Assembly: GCF_009834535.1 (NCBI RefSeq)
Contig: NC_045698.1
Location: forward strand, 7,938,001-8,002,000
Direction: 5' to 3'
Source of the DNA: Camelus ferus
Lineage: Eukaryota
Length of the DNA: 64,000 nucleotides
Below, one piece after another: positions 26,690-40,182 of this stretch (the first letter of the stretch is position 1; every line of letters starts with the position of its first letter). Position numbers and translations under genes: made by a program. Below the pieces are notes generated by a model. It was given only the letters and a program-made list of their open reading frames with translations, made no database searches and was not told where the DNA came from.

Positions 26690-27095
26690 CCCCTGCTGCT
26701 CCCTCAAATTACAGGTTTATTATCCGTCTCGTCCACTGAAATGTAAGCTCTCAGGGGGCAGGTCTCTGAGATTTGAGCTTGAAGCATTCCACATTCCACA
26801 GCGGCTCTTTTGATGGATGTTGAAATTACGCAAAGTCATGATGTAGTTCACTTCTTCACATGGAAATCAACTGAAATCCAAGGCCCCTCCCAGCTGTGCC
26901 CTTTCTTCCTCCCCTCCTCCATCTGGCTCCCTGGTACCCAGGCACCACCATCTGGGCCGTTAGGAAGAGCGCCATCCCCTAGAGATGGTCTACGGCTGGT
27001 CGGTACCTGGGTATTTACTCCTGTATCCCGAGCACTGAAACCTCACTGCCACACAGTAGACACTCAACAAGCATCTGTTTAATGAATGAACGAGT
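26690..27095 (+). mobile_element. L2 3'-end fragments
   Basis: ccactgaaatgtaagctc...gggcagg and acacagtagacactcaacaa...tgtttaatgaatgaa. Confidence 0.6.
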
Positions 27096-27874
27096 TAGAT
27101 CCACAGCCTACAAAGCTGCTTCCGTCTCTGGAAACCAAGAGTGGAGGTGGGCAGGGGGTTAATGCTGTAAATTTCCTAATTTGATTAGACTCCACCTGTT
27201 TGGAGAGGAAATTAGACATCAGAGCCAGTGCTGAGGGTTGTAAGTTTTCCCCCTTTGCGTTTGGACATAACTGGGGTAATGCTATAGAGATAACCCTAAA
27301 AATGGTTCAGATGACGGGAGATAAGAACAGAATGTGTGTGACACAAAGGTGGTTAGGAGATGAGCTGGGGTCAAGAGGCAGACCGAGCGCACACTCATCT
27401 CTTCTTCCCCTCGGGGACCCATTAGCACTAATAGCAATCAGTGGGCAGGGAGTGATCCTTGCCCGGGACTGCTGTTTCCTTCCTGTGAATGGAGCACAAT
27501 TAATGCAACACAGGCCTCTCCCACCCCCTCACTGGTCCCAATCCGGGGAGTGGGGAGCTTTCTCAAGTCATCAGTGGATCATGGATGGCTTGGCTCAGCT
27601 CTGCCCTTCCTCCTTTTGGGAATAAGTGGCCCCAGGGAATCCGGTTTGCCTGGTCTCCGTGGGATGTGTCCTGGGGAGGCAGGGTTGGGTGGAGGCGGGG
27701 GGAAGGCTGCCTCCATCTGCTGCCTGTGACTTGGTGGTACCCCTGCCTAATTCTGAGCTTCTGTGTCAACAAACCTGCTTGGCAAACAGACCTAGAGCCT
27801 GGCCACCAACTTGAGTGAAGAGTTGATGATGTGGCTTCCCTCTTAATTTTGTTCAGAACTTGGTTGATGATGAG

Positions 27875-28068
27875 AGGGGGCAATAGAGGCTTCTATGAAC
27901 TACAACCCGGGGGCCAGCCACTTGCTTATATACATACTATTAAACTGAAACACAGCCACAACCACTGGTTTAGTATCGTCCTATTGTCCTATTGTCACAG
28001 AGACTCTGTGCCCTCAAGCTAAGGCAGTTACCTTCTGGTCCCTTACAGAAAAAGTTTGCCATCTCCTG
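27875..28068 (+). mobile_element. hAT-Charlie MITE, MER58-like
   Basis: ggggccagccac...actgaaacacagccac...ctggtcccttacagaaaaagtttgccatctcctg terminus. Confidence 0.65.
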
Positions 28069-28415
28069 TTCTGGAATCTAGAGGAATGTCAGAAAAGCAC
28101 GCTGCCACTAAAGCAATGCTTGCAGGTTTGGGAGCAAAGGCAAAGTAAAGGAAGGTAGGACTCAGTTCCAGCAAATAGCTATCCCTGCACACACAAGAAA
28201 GCAGCGTGTCCAAGTGAAGGAGCCTGTGCAGTAGGTGGAAGCTCCACTGAGCCTCCCTGCGAATGTGGGGGACGCGCAGAGGGAGACACATCACAGAAGC
28301 ACGTCCCATCACAGCAGAAGAAGGCAATGAGAGGAAGATGTGGATCTCAGGGCCCAGAACACAAACGAGCAGAGATGGTGACTGGAGGATCACAGAGCAG
28401 AGAGGCTCCTGGGAG

Positions 28416-28911
28416 TGAAACAGGGAGGAAAAATCCGACTCCGACTCCACGTTGGATCCATTTCTTTTACTTTCAACTTTGTATTCTATTGCTTTTGCTA
28501 CAAGTTAACCACTAAAGAGATACTGCCTATAAGCTTCAATTATATATCATAGCCCATCTTCTAGGGACCCTGTCTCCCAGGTGATGAGCATTAAGCTGAA
28601 ACACCTTTGTTTAGCTCACAGGAAATACCCCTACCAGGCCCACCTATGAATGGCTGCGGGCAGAAAGACATTAATACTACCCCTCTGAAGGCTGATCAGA
28701 ACCAGGAAATGTTTGACCTTACTCCCTCCCCTTTTAGTATAAAAGGAACAGGAATTCTAACTCAGGTGAGATGGTTCTTTGGGACACTAGTCCACCATCT
28801 TCTCTGTCTGCTGGCTTTCTGAATAAAGTTGCTATTCTTTGCTCTAACAGTTTGTCCCTTGATTTATTGGCCTGTTGTGCGGTGAGCAGTACGAGCTTGG
28901 ACTGGGTCACA
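28416..28911 (+). mobile_element. Solo ERV1 LTR, MER41-like Laurasiatherian type
   Basis: TG...CA ends. 4-bp flanks GGAG/GAAG (TSD with one mismatch). TATAAAA at 28738-28744, AATAAA at 28822-28827, U5 ending tttattggcctg...gagcagtacgagcttggact. Confidence 0.85.
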
Positions 28912-30046
28912 GAAGCATGAGTTTCAGCAAGAACAAGAGCAGCTTCAGTTTGGGAACCTGCAGAGGGCGATTCTGCAGCCTACACGGTGACAGGTGATTT
29001 TGTGACTCCATGGTACAAAGTGGAGGAACAGATGATGCAGCACAGGATGGAGGGACATCTGTAAACAGGGAGTGTGTCATGAGATAGCACACATCCTCTG
29101 TGCGGCACTGCGAAGCCAAGACACCTGACTCCCAAAGAGGAAATTAACAGAGGTTTTAAATATGGAGAAAAGGAAACAAGTCTCCTCTGAAAAGACCCAG
29201 AGTGGTGGGTGTGTGCTGCATCACCCCAGCTGAGCTGCATTGATGCCTCCCAGAATTCCCTTCGCTGCTCCGTTCCAGGTTGGGGATGTCCCTGGAGAAA
29301 CCTGCAGGCAAGCTGGCAGGGCCAGGGAAGCAGCAGGCAGTGAGCTCCGAGGGCCGGGGGCACCGGACGCTGCTGCCACTTGTGTTGCTGGTGGGCTGCT
29401 CCACCTCCTAGGGTCAGAGCCCCGCCAGTCCCCACCACGTCTCCTGTTTCAGCTTCCCAGAGTCCTGGGCCAGGCACATGTGGAGGGCTGTGGCACAGGG
29501 TGCCAGCTTCTGTGTGTCTCCCATGTGGCCAATACGCAGCCAATGAGAGGGAGGAGAGGGTGCCAGTCTGTCCTCATAGGTGCCTGCTGGTCTCGCTGCC
29601 CCTCCTTCCTATCCAGGTTGTCTTCCTCATCTCTGCCTGGACCAGCGTCAACTTCAGGCCCCGCACCAGACAAAGAGGCAAAGCCTCCCTCAGATTTCCT
29701 CACCAGCTGCCCCTGGAGTGGATCAGGTTTCATCCCAGTCTTAAGTCCCTTTGTCCATATCACTCATACCACACATGCTTCTGTGATCAACCCACAAGCT
29801 ACATGCCTGGGGACAGTGTCTCAATGTGGCAAGACAGCAGCAATGTTTACAATTCCACTCTCCCGAAGAGGAGACACTATGCCTGCCTGGACGCTTAATG
29901 GCTTAATTAACCTTGTGCTGGGACTTTTTTCTCCAGATTCAGCTTAAGTTCACCCACCGTGGACTCTGGAAGCCAGGCACCACCAGACTGGCCTCACCTG
30001 ACTCACTAGCTCCAAGATCTCCATTTACTCTTCTTCCCTCCAATAC

Positions 30047-30647
30047 TGTGGTGGGCAGAATAACAGTTCTCAAAAAATGTCCATGTCCTAATCTCCAGAG
30101 CCTGTGGATATGTTGTCTTGTATGGCAAAAAGGATGTTGAAGCTGTGATTAATTTAAGGATCTTGAGATGAGGAGATTCTCCTACAGAGCCACCTGGATT
30201 ACCCAGGTGGGCCCCATCTAATCACATGGGTCCTTAAGAGCAGAGGACCATTCCTGGCAGCAGTCATGGGAGATGTGACTTTGAAAGACTCATCCGAGAT
30301 GTCATGTTGCTGGCTTTGAAAACAGTGGAAATGGGTCACCAGTCAAGGAATGTGGGCAGCTTCTTTCTAGACAGGCATTTATTGGGGGTATTAGGATGAT
30401 TTAATTAAAATGTGCATGAAATGCAATTTTTTTTTTTAAAGCTAGAAAGGCTAGAAAAGGCAAGGTTTGTCCCCTAAGGTCTCCAGAAAGAAACACAGCC
30501 CTGATGGCATCTTGATTTTAGCCATTTTGGCCCAGTGAGCATTGTTTCGGACTTTTCACCTCCAGAACTGGAAGATACTAAATTTACATTGTTTCAGATG
30601 GCTAAATTTGTGGAAATTTGTCGTAGCAGCCGTAGGCAACCAGTACA
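30047..30647 (+). mobile_element. MaLR LTR (MLT1D-like) with a short internal insertion
   Basis: tgtggtgggcagaataa...gtccatgtcctaatc...ggattacccaggtgggccc...gcagcagccgtaggcaaccagtaca. Confidence 0.8.
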
Positions 30648-32292
30648 GACTTCACTGAGTGGCTGCTGCGGTCTTGGCTCGAGCTGGTCCTGGGGATGCA
30701 CCTGTGTCTGGGACAACGGCTCTTGATGGCTTGGCCTCTTTTCTAAAGGTGATGGGGATGCACCAGGGGTCACACCTTTGAACAGTGAGACGAGTGGGAG
30801 CTGCCACTGAATCAGTGCATCTCCTGAGGCCCCCAGGAGTAGGTCACCAATTCCAGTGAGAGGCAGCCCTGGATGCTGAAGAGACCAGACCCCAGAGGAC
30901 CCTTCTGGTAGAGATGATGCAGAGTAAAAAAGCTGGGGAGGATGGTTTTTATACGTTAGCTAACTTAAGAACTGTGGACTTTGAACTTCAACACACAATG
31001 GCAAGAGATATGGATTTTTAGCCTTTAATTCTTTTGAACTTTAATGTCTTTGGACTTCAACATGGAAGTGGATTTAAACTTTGATTTTTAATTTCTCCTT
31101 GGGAATTTGGTATTTGGTAGGGGATTACATTAAAATTCGAAGCATCCCTACATCACTGGCATTTCATTACTGGAATGTCTCTGTTCTTTTTTTATCTTCA
31201 CAATGCTGTTGAATATTCTTGCAGAACCTCTGAAATGCTATGTTGGATAACATGGCTGGACATTATTTGGGATAATATATAAGCCTTGGATTTAATTTTG
31301 AATCTTGGGAAGACAGTGACCCTGGATTTGATTTAAATCATGTGCTGTTCTGACCCATTTCAGTACCTCTTGGTGTGATACATAAAATGCCCACCAGGAG
31401 TCCCGGTGATCACCGAAAAGCTCCATGAAGACGGAGAAAAGGCTACCTTGACAAAATGCTTGGCCCCTGCTTTGGAGAGACAAGCCACGCCTCTGGGTGA
31501 TCATACAAATAAAATAAGAGGTAAAAAAACAGGCTGGAGGACGTTAGTGGGGAAAATGTTTTCCCTCTGTTCTAATGTCTCCTTCCATAAAGGTGTTTAT
31601 GCCCAGAATTGATTAATGTTATGCACTCCCCGCCTCCCCCAACCCAGAGTTCTTTTGAAATCGTAAGCTCATTGGCCAGCAAAGTAATGCCTCCAACCTG
31701 GCTTCTATTGGCAATAGAGATAATATTTAGTAATATTTAAACTTTGTCTTATCTACCAAACTATTCAAAACTTCGGTAGATACAGGGAGGACGTTATTTA
31801 TTAGGGACATAACGGAGAAAAGAAGAGAACGGAAGGCGTAACTCAGCAGGGGAGAAATTTCATCACGTTTCTTTGAGATACAGATAGATGTGAGCTGGCT
31901 GGGGCCTTAGAAGGGGAAGGCAGGATAGCACAGAGGAGACCCCGTCCTGATGACCCAATGAGGTGGCTGATGGCCCTGGGGGAATCCTAGACCCCTCTCT
32001 CCTGGCCAGAAAAATAAATAAGACAAACAAACAACTCAGAAGAATATTCTCCTAAGAGATTGGTTGCATCGGGGGAGAGCTAAAAAGCTAATGTGGATAT
32101 CTGAGCCTCAGAGAAAAGCCCCCTTCATCAAGAAACTTAAAGGACACCCCCATCACAACAGCTCACTCCTACCTGCTCACCTAAAGTCAAGCTCACAGTT
32201 ATCAAGTTTCACTAATGTACACAGAGCTCAGATTAACTCTGCACTCCTTTCATCTTAAAAATGAGCAGAGAATTTAGGACCATATTTAAAAT

Positions 32293-32554
32293 AACTTATG
32301 GTTACCAAAGGGAAAAGGGGATGGGAAGGGATAAACCAGGAGTTCAAGATTTGCAGATACTAACTAATATACATAAAATAGATAAACAAGTTTCTACTGT
32401 CTAACACAGGAACTATATTCAATATCTTGTAGTAACCTCTAATGAAAAAGAATACAAAAAGGAATATATGTATGTATGTGGATGACTGAAGCATTATGCT
32501 GTACACCAGGAATTGACACAACATTGTAAACTGACTATAGTTCAACTTAAAAAA
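32293..32554 (+). mobile_element. 5'-truncated cetartiodactyl-type L1 3' end
   Basis: cttatggttaccaaaggg...ggagttcaagatttgcagatac...gacacaacattgtaaactgactat. Confidence 0.9.
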
Positions 32555-32599
32555 GCTTATTTGGCAAAATCAATGAGAAAGGCTCCTATAAAAACAAAC

Positions 32600-34135
32600 A
32601 AAAAAACCGAAACCACAGCAAAGTGAGATGATTCATGGCAAAGAGACAAAAAAGCCTCAGTTCTAAATAATATCCTTCGAGAAATTCAAGAATAGTTTAC
32701 ATTCATAAAACTAGACTAGAAATTATTAAAAACCACAAAAGACAGTTTGTAGAACTCAGATACTGCTACTACTACCTCCCTAGATCCCTGCAAAAGGCAA
32801 AAACAAAAACAAAACCCCTCATAGACAGGCTGAGGGAAACGCTGGATATTAGAGAAATTGCTTAGCACGTATGACAAAAAGGCAAAGGGCTTCAGATTAT
32901 ACAAGAAAATACAAGAGGGAGGAAAAATCAAACTAATCTGACCAATAATAACTCCAGAAAGAGAAGAAAAGAAATGAACAAATTAAAAAAGATAACAAGA
33001 TAATTTTCAGGCACTGAAGGTCATGACTCAATTAAAGGTGACCAATACCAATAAAATTTTTAAAAGGCATCACCTAGGTACATCATCACAGACTTTTATA
33101 GTATCAAGGATAAAACTAAATTCCAGAAAATAATTCCTGAGAAAAATAACTTTCTACCCATCCATATCTAGTAAATAACAATCATGTATAAGGATTCAGC
33201 AGTGACATTTTCAGAAGTTCAGCACCATTTTTTAGGAACTTATTAGAGAGGAAACCAAAGAAGAGGAGGTCATGGGATCTAGGAGACAGAGCTTCCAACC
33301 CAGGAAAGCTATGCAGCAGGTCTAGAGCGCAATCATTTAAATCTGCCCCAAGGATAGAAGATTCAGGTGCTGAGATCTTTGGAAAACCAAGGAATTAATG
33401 CTTATTGAAATAATGGACAGTTGAGTTCGCGGGCATCATAGCTGATGGAGGATCCATCCAGATATGATGCTAGAAATGTACTCTGTTGACAGGCATCGTC
33501 ACTCGGACCCACAGGGAAACAGGTACCACATGGGTCAGCTTTTCCATCATAAGGCAAAGGCTGATCTCCGGCTTTCAGGTTTTTAAATCAGGCTACAGAA
33601 AACTCTGGAAGACTGACTACGGTTATGGAAGAAAGTGCAATTATATTCAACCCTGGCCATTAAAGTCAAGTATGATGCCGGCGGTTGTGAAGGAGAAAGG
33701 TGAAGACACAGCACTGATATCCTCATCTTAACAAAACGGGTGATAAGAGAGAGGCTCTGTGTTCGACGGAAGAAATGGAAGTGTAACTGAAGTTACCGAG
33801 TGAATCTGCAGAGGAACCGAGGGTAACGACCCCTCCACTTTGGAAAGAAGAAGGCATGAGTGGTGAAAATGCAAAAAATCCTCTTCCATCACGATGGAAA
33901 GTTAGTACAACAAGCCTGTAATAATTGGTTTAGATGGGGAGACAAGCATGTGGTTTAAAGACGTGGCGTAATCACGAGCAAACTGAAGCACAAAGCAAAA
34001 CAAAGCAAAAATGAAGGCTGAATGTCTCCGAGGGAACTGGCGGCGGGCAGATGAGGCAGGGGACTGTTGTTTCCATTATAAGCATTTTTATCCTATTTTA
34101 TTTTTTGACCATAGCTATTGCTTCGATTAAAAGAA
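32600..34135 (+). mobile_element. Ancient HAL1 / L1 ORF1-type relic
   Basis: Decayed ORF1-like A-rich text, the motif aaccaaagaagaggaggtcatgggatc...ccaacccagga, and a HAL1-like 3' end (gggactgttgtttccattataagc...). Heavily diverged. Confidence 0.5.
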
Positions 34136-34362
34136 GACGAAGCACTTGATTACCATCCTCGCCACGTCCAATCCTTCACGAGAAGTTGTTTTAAGAAGAC
34201 GCATTAAGAAATCAGGCCAACAGGGTCTTACTTATTTTAAACGCGGCAACATGATTAATTAAGCCCTCACGGTTCTGCATGTATTGGCATTTCTTTACTT
34301 TCCTGACCAAAAAGATATCTGCTCACATCTGAGAGTAGGCGAAGGGCAGCCGGATGCAGGTC

Positions 34363-34760
34363 TGTATCAGATTCCTGGGATTGTGGTGACAACGTCCCAT
34401 GGACCGAGTGGCTTCAGTAACAGAAACTCATTGACGTGTGGTTCTGTAGGCTAGAAGCCCGTGGGCTGGTTCCTTTTGAGGCTGTGAGGAAGACTCCGTT
34501 CCATGCCTTTCTCCTGGTGGTCTGCTGGCCATCTTTGGTGTCCTTGGCTTGCAGCATTACCTCTACTTCCGCCTTCATCTTCTCATGGCATTCCCCTGGA
34601 TGTGTCTCAGTCTAAATTTCTTTTTTCCATAAAGACATCAGCTCTATCAGTTACGGGCCCCATCCTATCTTAGTGCCCTAACTTAACTAATTACATCCGA
34701 GTCACATTTTGAGGGTCTATCGGTTAGGACCTCAACATATAAATTTTGGGGTCACGTAAC
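34363..34760 (-). mobile_element. MaLR LTR (MLT1A/B-like)
   Basis: tgtatcag.ttcctggg...gtggcttcagtaacagaaa...gtcacattttgagg...gttaggacctcaacatataaattttgggg. Confidence 0.75.
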
Positions 34761-37700
34761 TTTGGAGCTCTTTGGAGACTAAAGCATTAAATCAACGGTC
34801 CTAATGCTAGTGCGTAAAGTAGTTAAACTGAGGCTTGTCTGCTTAATTAAAAGGAAAGACTATCTGGGTATACGAAGCATAAGATGAAAGAAATCTTGCT
34901 CTCGGAGAAGTGGAAGTCTTAAGATGCTTGCTTTCGACTGAAATACAACTTATTTATTAGGTCTTATGGTTTGATAAAAATGGCTTTATTATGATTTGGA
35001 AGGCATTCTGAAATCTTTAGTTGGGCATTCAAAATTTAGGTTGATTATTTCCGTGTTTAGAGAGAGAAGAATTGTATTAGTCAAGCCCAAAGGACATGCG
35101 GCATCTCTAATCAAAGTTTATTTGCTTAGGAACATTTCAAGTAATGGCTAGCAGATAATAGCTTCAACTGGATTTAAATAAAATTCTGATCATCATCTCA
35201 TGGCAATTATTGCATAGGAAGAAAATTATTTATTGCAAGGCCTAACAGGCAGTGGCAAAATATATTCCACTATGAATAGATACTGCAGTGCAAACAGGCA
35301 GCTGTTTTTTTAAGCATGCGTGGTTATGTGTTGAATGTAAATGAATGTAAATACCTCAATTTCTAACATTCTATTGTTCAAACAGTTTGCCAAGGAATCC
35401 TCAGTACATAATTTAAAGCTCTGCAAGATCATTTATTTCTTTTAGTCTTTCATTGTTTATAATTTTTTGCTCCAGATCCTTCTGGATATATGGCCTAAGT
35501 GTAATCTAAAGTCTGGTTTATCAACAAGCTTTTTTTTTTTTTTAATTACTAAAATTGTTCTTCTGAGTATTTGTTTACAAAACATCCTAGTTTGTAAACA
35601 TCTAGGGAGGAATTCAAAGCCTACATAACTCTCCCTTATATTATAATGCTTTTTCAACACACACCTGTTTTCAAGAGTTCACTAACGTGCAGGAAGAACA
35701 TGACACAAAAAACTCTGAGTATGAGAGGGGACCGGAACATCCCTACTCCTTGCTGAACTCCGTTTTAGGTCTGCTGAAAAGTGACAAAGGAAGTCAAGGG
35801 CACAGTTCCTTGTTTTATTTAATTCATGCAAGCATGTCTAACCTAATTCCAGAGAAGGTTCTGAGGAGGGTCCTGGTGACAACGAAGTGAACGGATCCTT
35901 TGTCCTCTTACCCTCTACTCCACCCTCCAGAGCCATGGACTCTTTTTCTGCTCGTCTGTCTGGTTAAGTTTCTAAAACATGGACACGTTTGCCAGGGACA
36001 ACGCTCTTAATGATTTGCAGCCAGTAATGCAAGGGTGTGACAGTTCACAGCGGGGCCCCCAACCATAAGTGGGCGCTGGCGTAAACATCAAGGCGGCTGT
36101 GCCGGGCTGGGTCAGCTGACCGCCAGCCCCCCACGTGCAGATATATGGTCAAGGCTCAGCACACACCTGACACCATAGATGTTCAAAAGCATTTGAGAAA
36201 CCAGCGACTAAGGAATGAATGAAGGGCCTGGACTCACTGGAGTAAAAATTTCATCCTACTTAGGTAGAGACAAGAGTCTCAGAGGAGAGGAAAGAGACTA
36301 GCACATAAGAGAAATGGAGGATTGGATGACCTTGAGGTTAAATCGAGTTCAGTGTGCTGGATTCCTAAAGCCTGCAGGTGCCAACAGGATCCCAGCTTTC
36401 ATAGCTCGCTCTGGCAGATGAGCGCGGCTGCTGCTGAAGATGAAAACGACTTTCAGGCTCTTGGAGGTGAATCCATTTGCCTCATTTTACCTCTGCAGCA
36501 GGCAGTGGAGTCAGCTTTGGCTAGATCTGCATCTTGATGCTCTGTTGAAAAGGAAGTCGGCACGCCCGAGTCCCGCCAGTGTGGGCATTTGGAAGGTTCT
36601 GTTACTGCAGCCTGGCCTGCAGCGGCGCCCCCTTCCCGTCGGAACGCTCTCCTACGTGCTCCCTTCCAGTCTCCTCTTCTAGAGTGGTACTTGGCCAAGG
36701 TGCTTGCTGTTTTTCCCTCACACTGCACCCATCATCTAGTTATTCCATCCATAGTTATCAGCATGGCGACCCCAGTGACCGTGAGCTTCAGCCAGCCTAA
36801 ATGCTTTGACCACTTGTTTTTCTTTGAAAAAGGTGAAATTCATGTCCGAAGTTCAGCCATGCACGGTAAGAGCCTACCTCTGGCGAGGCAGAACGACACA
36901 CCCGCTGAAGCAGCAACAGCCACTGTCACTCTGCATCCTTCCCGCTCCGACGGCTCGGATGGCGTCGGAGCAGAAGACGGCGTTTCTTCTAGGAGGGGCG
37001 GCAGAGAGCGTCTGGGCCACCCGCTCATGCGGATGAAGAAACGGTGGGTGCAAACCTTGGTTCTTCTCAAAAGGGGGAGAGTAAGAGGCACCTGCGCGCT
37101 CCCTGTAGTAAGTACGAGCGTCGTTCCTACAGCCAAAGCTGCGCCGGGAAGGGAAGCTTGCTGACGTTCGGAAGAGTTCATCTGCCTCTGGCTGTTTCCA
37201 AATGGGGCTCACAGAGAAGCTCCGGATGTTACGCAGGTGCAGGTGATGGGTGGCGCCCAGCACCTGTCGGAGCAGCGCTGAGGGCAACGGGGTAGCCGGC
37301 CGTCAGTTCCTTCGTTTCGGCTTCCGATGTCACACGAAGCACAGGGCGTGCCGTGAGGGCGATGTCGTGGGACAAAGGCATTGCTGCCAGCTCCTTTCTA
37401 ACTGAAGCCGTCCATCACCTCAACCTTTTGCGTGTGGCTGAGTTTCTTTGGCAATGAGATAAGCCACCGCAGAGAATGCTTGTAGACAAGGGTTTTGTGT
37501 TGGAGAAAATCCAAATTTTAGTAAAATCTAGTTCTTTCACATTATGAAGTGGAATAGGTATACAGCAGGATGTTCTTTGACTTGTGCTGGCCTCACATAT
37601 CCATCGGCAAGGTCTTAATGCACAAAAGCACCATGGTGTTTGTTTTCCATCACACACATTGAGTCCTTTCTCTTCCAGGCACATCCGATTTAAACGCAAT

Positions 37701-38367
37701 CCATGAAAATAAGGACAAGTGCTCTTAACTGTCATGGCAGAGTATGTTTTCAGCTATTTAACTCCCCTCCAAACTATCCTACACATCATATGTGCATAGT
37801 AATAGCTTTATCTTCCCTGACCATGTCACCCCACGTTAGTTCAGTGTGAAACATTATTATAACACTGCAACCCTTAACAACTTAATTCTCACGCATAAAG
37901 CCAGTCCTCCACTTAAAGACAAAACAAGAGAAAATGGGGGTCTAGTTCTAATTTAGCTAAGAGTACGAAGAGATGTGATAATCATCTTGAAGGGTTTAAA
38001 TCACAGAAACTATCCTGGGAGTCTTGACCCAAGAATGAACAAATATTTACGACTCTAGCTTCTGCCATGTATTTTCTTAAATGAACAAGCTCACATATGT
38101 TCAACAGCACAGCCACAAGGAAATATTAGAGTCAAGACAGAAGGTTGGTGGAATCATGGATAATTAAAAGATCCTTTTTCGACAGTCAACTTTGCAATCC
38201 ACTTGCCAAATACTTGCTGGAAGGGGTACTTTGATGCGCCAAAAGGCAAATATCACGTAGACCAGTGATTTGTACACAATCAAGAAGAGCCATTTGAAAT
38301 GCCACGTTGAGGCCCTGACACCCTTCGGCCTCCAACAAGTAAAACTGCACATTTAAAAAGTGAGGGA

Positions 38368-38652
38368 TGGGGAGGGGAAGGGACAAACTGGGAGTCCAAG
38401 ATTTGTAAATACTAACTATTATATATGAAAATAGATTAAAAACAGATTTCTTCTGTACAGCACAGGGAACTGTATTCAATATCTTGTACTAACCTATAAT
38501 GAAAAAGAATATGAAGACGAATATATATGTATGTATATGCATGACGGACACATGATGCTCTACACCAGAAACTGACACATTGTAACTGACGGCACTTCAG
38601 CAACACAAAGAAGAACAGCACTAAGAATATTAGAAAAAAAATAAAGTAAAAT
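38368..38652 (+). mobile_element. 5'-truncated L1 3' end with 13-bp TSD
   Basis: TSD AAAAAGTGAGGGA at 38355-38367 and 38653-38665, at a TT|AAAA endonuclease site. Body is a cetartiodactyl L1 3'UTR. Confidence 0.9.
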
Positions 38653-39338
38653 AAAAAGTGAGGGACATAGCCGATGACTGATGTTTCCTACGTCCATCCA
38701 TATTCCAAGAAAGGTCCGCGCGAAAGGCCTCACATGTTCCCATTCACTCATGGCTCTGGGAGGTAGTTACTATAATTATGTCAGTTTCACAAAACTCGAA
38801 GGTTCCGTGCTCATGGAAAGGCTTTCTCTCACGACCACTTTTGAAAAATTCCTTAATATGTAATATTACATAACCTGGGGGCTTCTACTAGGCATACATA
38901 TTTTATTCAAGAAATTAACTGTCACATACAATAAGCTCTCTGCTGTTAACCGCACTAGAAACCAGAACACATACCTTATGACCCGTAACTCACATGCCTT
39001 TTCCTTTCTTCAGTTATTACTAACATCATTCTGATGATGAGCCGCGGGTATTGTAAGATGTCAACTACTTCTAAATCAGACGACGAAGACTGAAATAGGG
39101 TCATAGAATTTTAGGACGGTTCTGTTAATTGCATTCTAACTATTTAAATGACCAGCCTACCAGTGTGACACCTGGTACCCTCTGACCCACTTTTGTTATC
39201 GGCCAACACGCCTTGGGACTGCTTGTGCTCTCCGCCCTCAGAGATGCCCAGCACCGTGATACCCGGTTAGCACCTTGCTGCAGTGATGATGGAAAATTTA
39301 TCTAGAGTCAGTCCTGCCGTTAAGGAAAAAGGCCTCTA

Positions 39339-39605
<267 letters not shown>

Positions 39606-40182
39606 TTAAACCCAGACAGGTTTTCCACGTGAAGGAGTTGCTACAATTAATTGCACTGAATTGAACGAAGACCTTTGACAAAGGGCAAAGAAAACAAACT
39701 GTGGTTCTCTTCAGATTTTAGTGCTTTTACTTGTTTTAACAGCCTACCGATAACAATTCAAATGCCTTTCGTTTAAAGCTGCAGAATTCTGGAAAGGTGA
39801 TTTCCACCTCCCATCGGGTGTCTCAGCCACTTCTCTCTATAAAAATACACCACATACTCATGGCATGAAGGCAACGGAGAGGCCAAAATGCTGCTCGCTC
39901 CTAAGACTTATTAAATGTAACCACCGTCTTAAAAGGCTGCAGGATGGATGTACAAAATGTGAAAATTATGCTTACTAGGGAAATGCTCCCAACCTTTCAA
40001 AGGAACCAGAAGCTACACGAGAAACCAGAAGTGACAGAGGCTTTTCATCTGAGAAGATCTGGAAAATAAGAACATCATTCACCATGACAGCTGGTCAGAA
40101 CCCTGAGACCGAGGTATGCTGCACTTAACAGGGGTATTTGATTAATAATAACACAATAATATTAAATTCTGGTGTTCTTTTT

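Noticed and set aside
28416..28911. Interferon-inducible (STAT1 GAS) enhancer as in primate MER41B
   Set aside because: I did not find a TTCnnnGAA site in this copy by eye.
28980..29947. Overlapping 172-235-aa ORFs on both strands
   Set aside because: GC-rich intron with non-ATG starts for the longest ORFs, no domain similarity and no exon-like boundaries noticed.
33218..33240. TTCAGCACC, the left half of a REST/RE1 site
   Set aside because: No GGACAG right half follows, and it lies in a decayed LINE relic.
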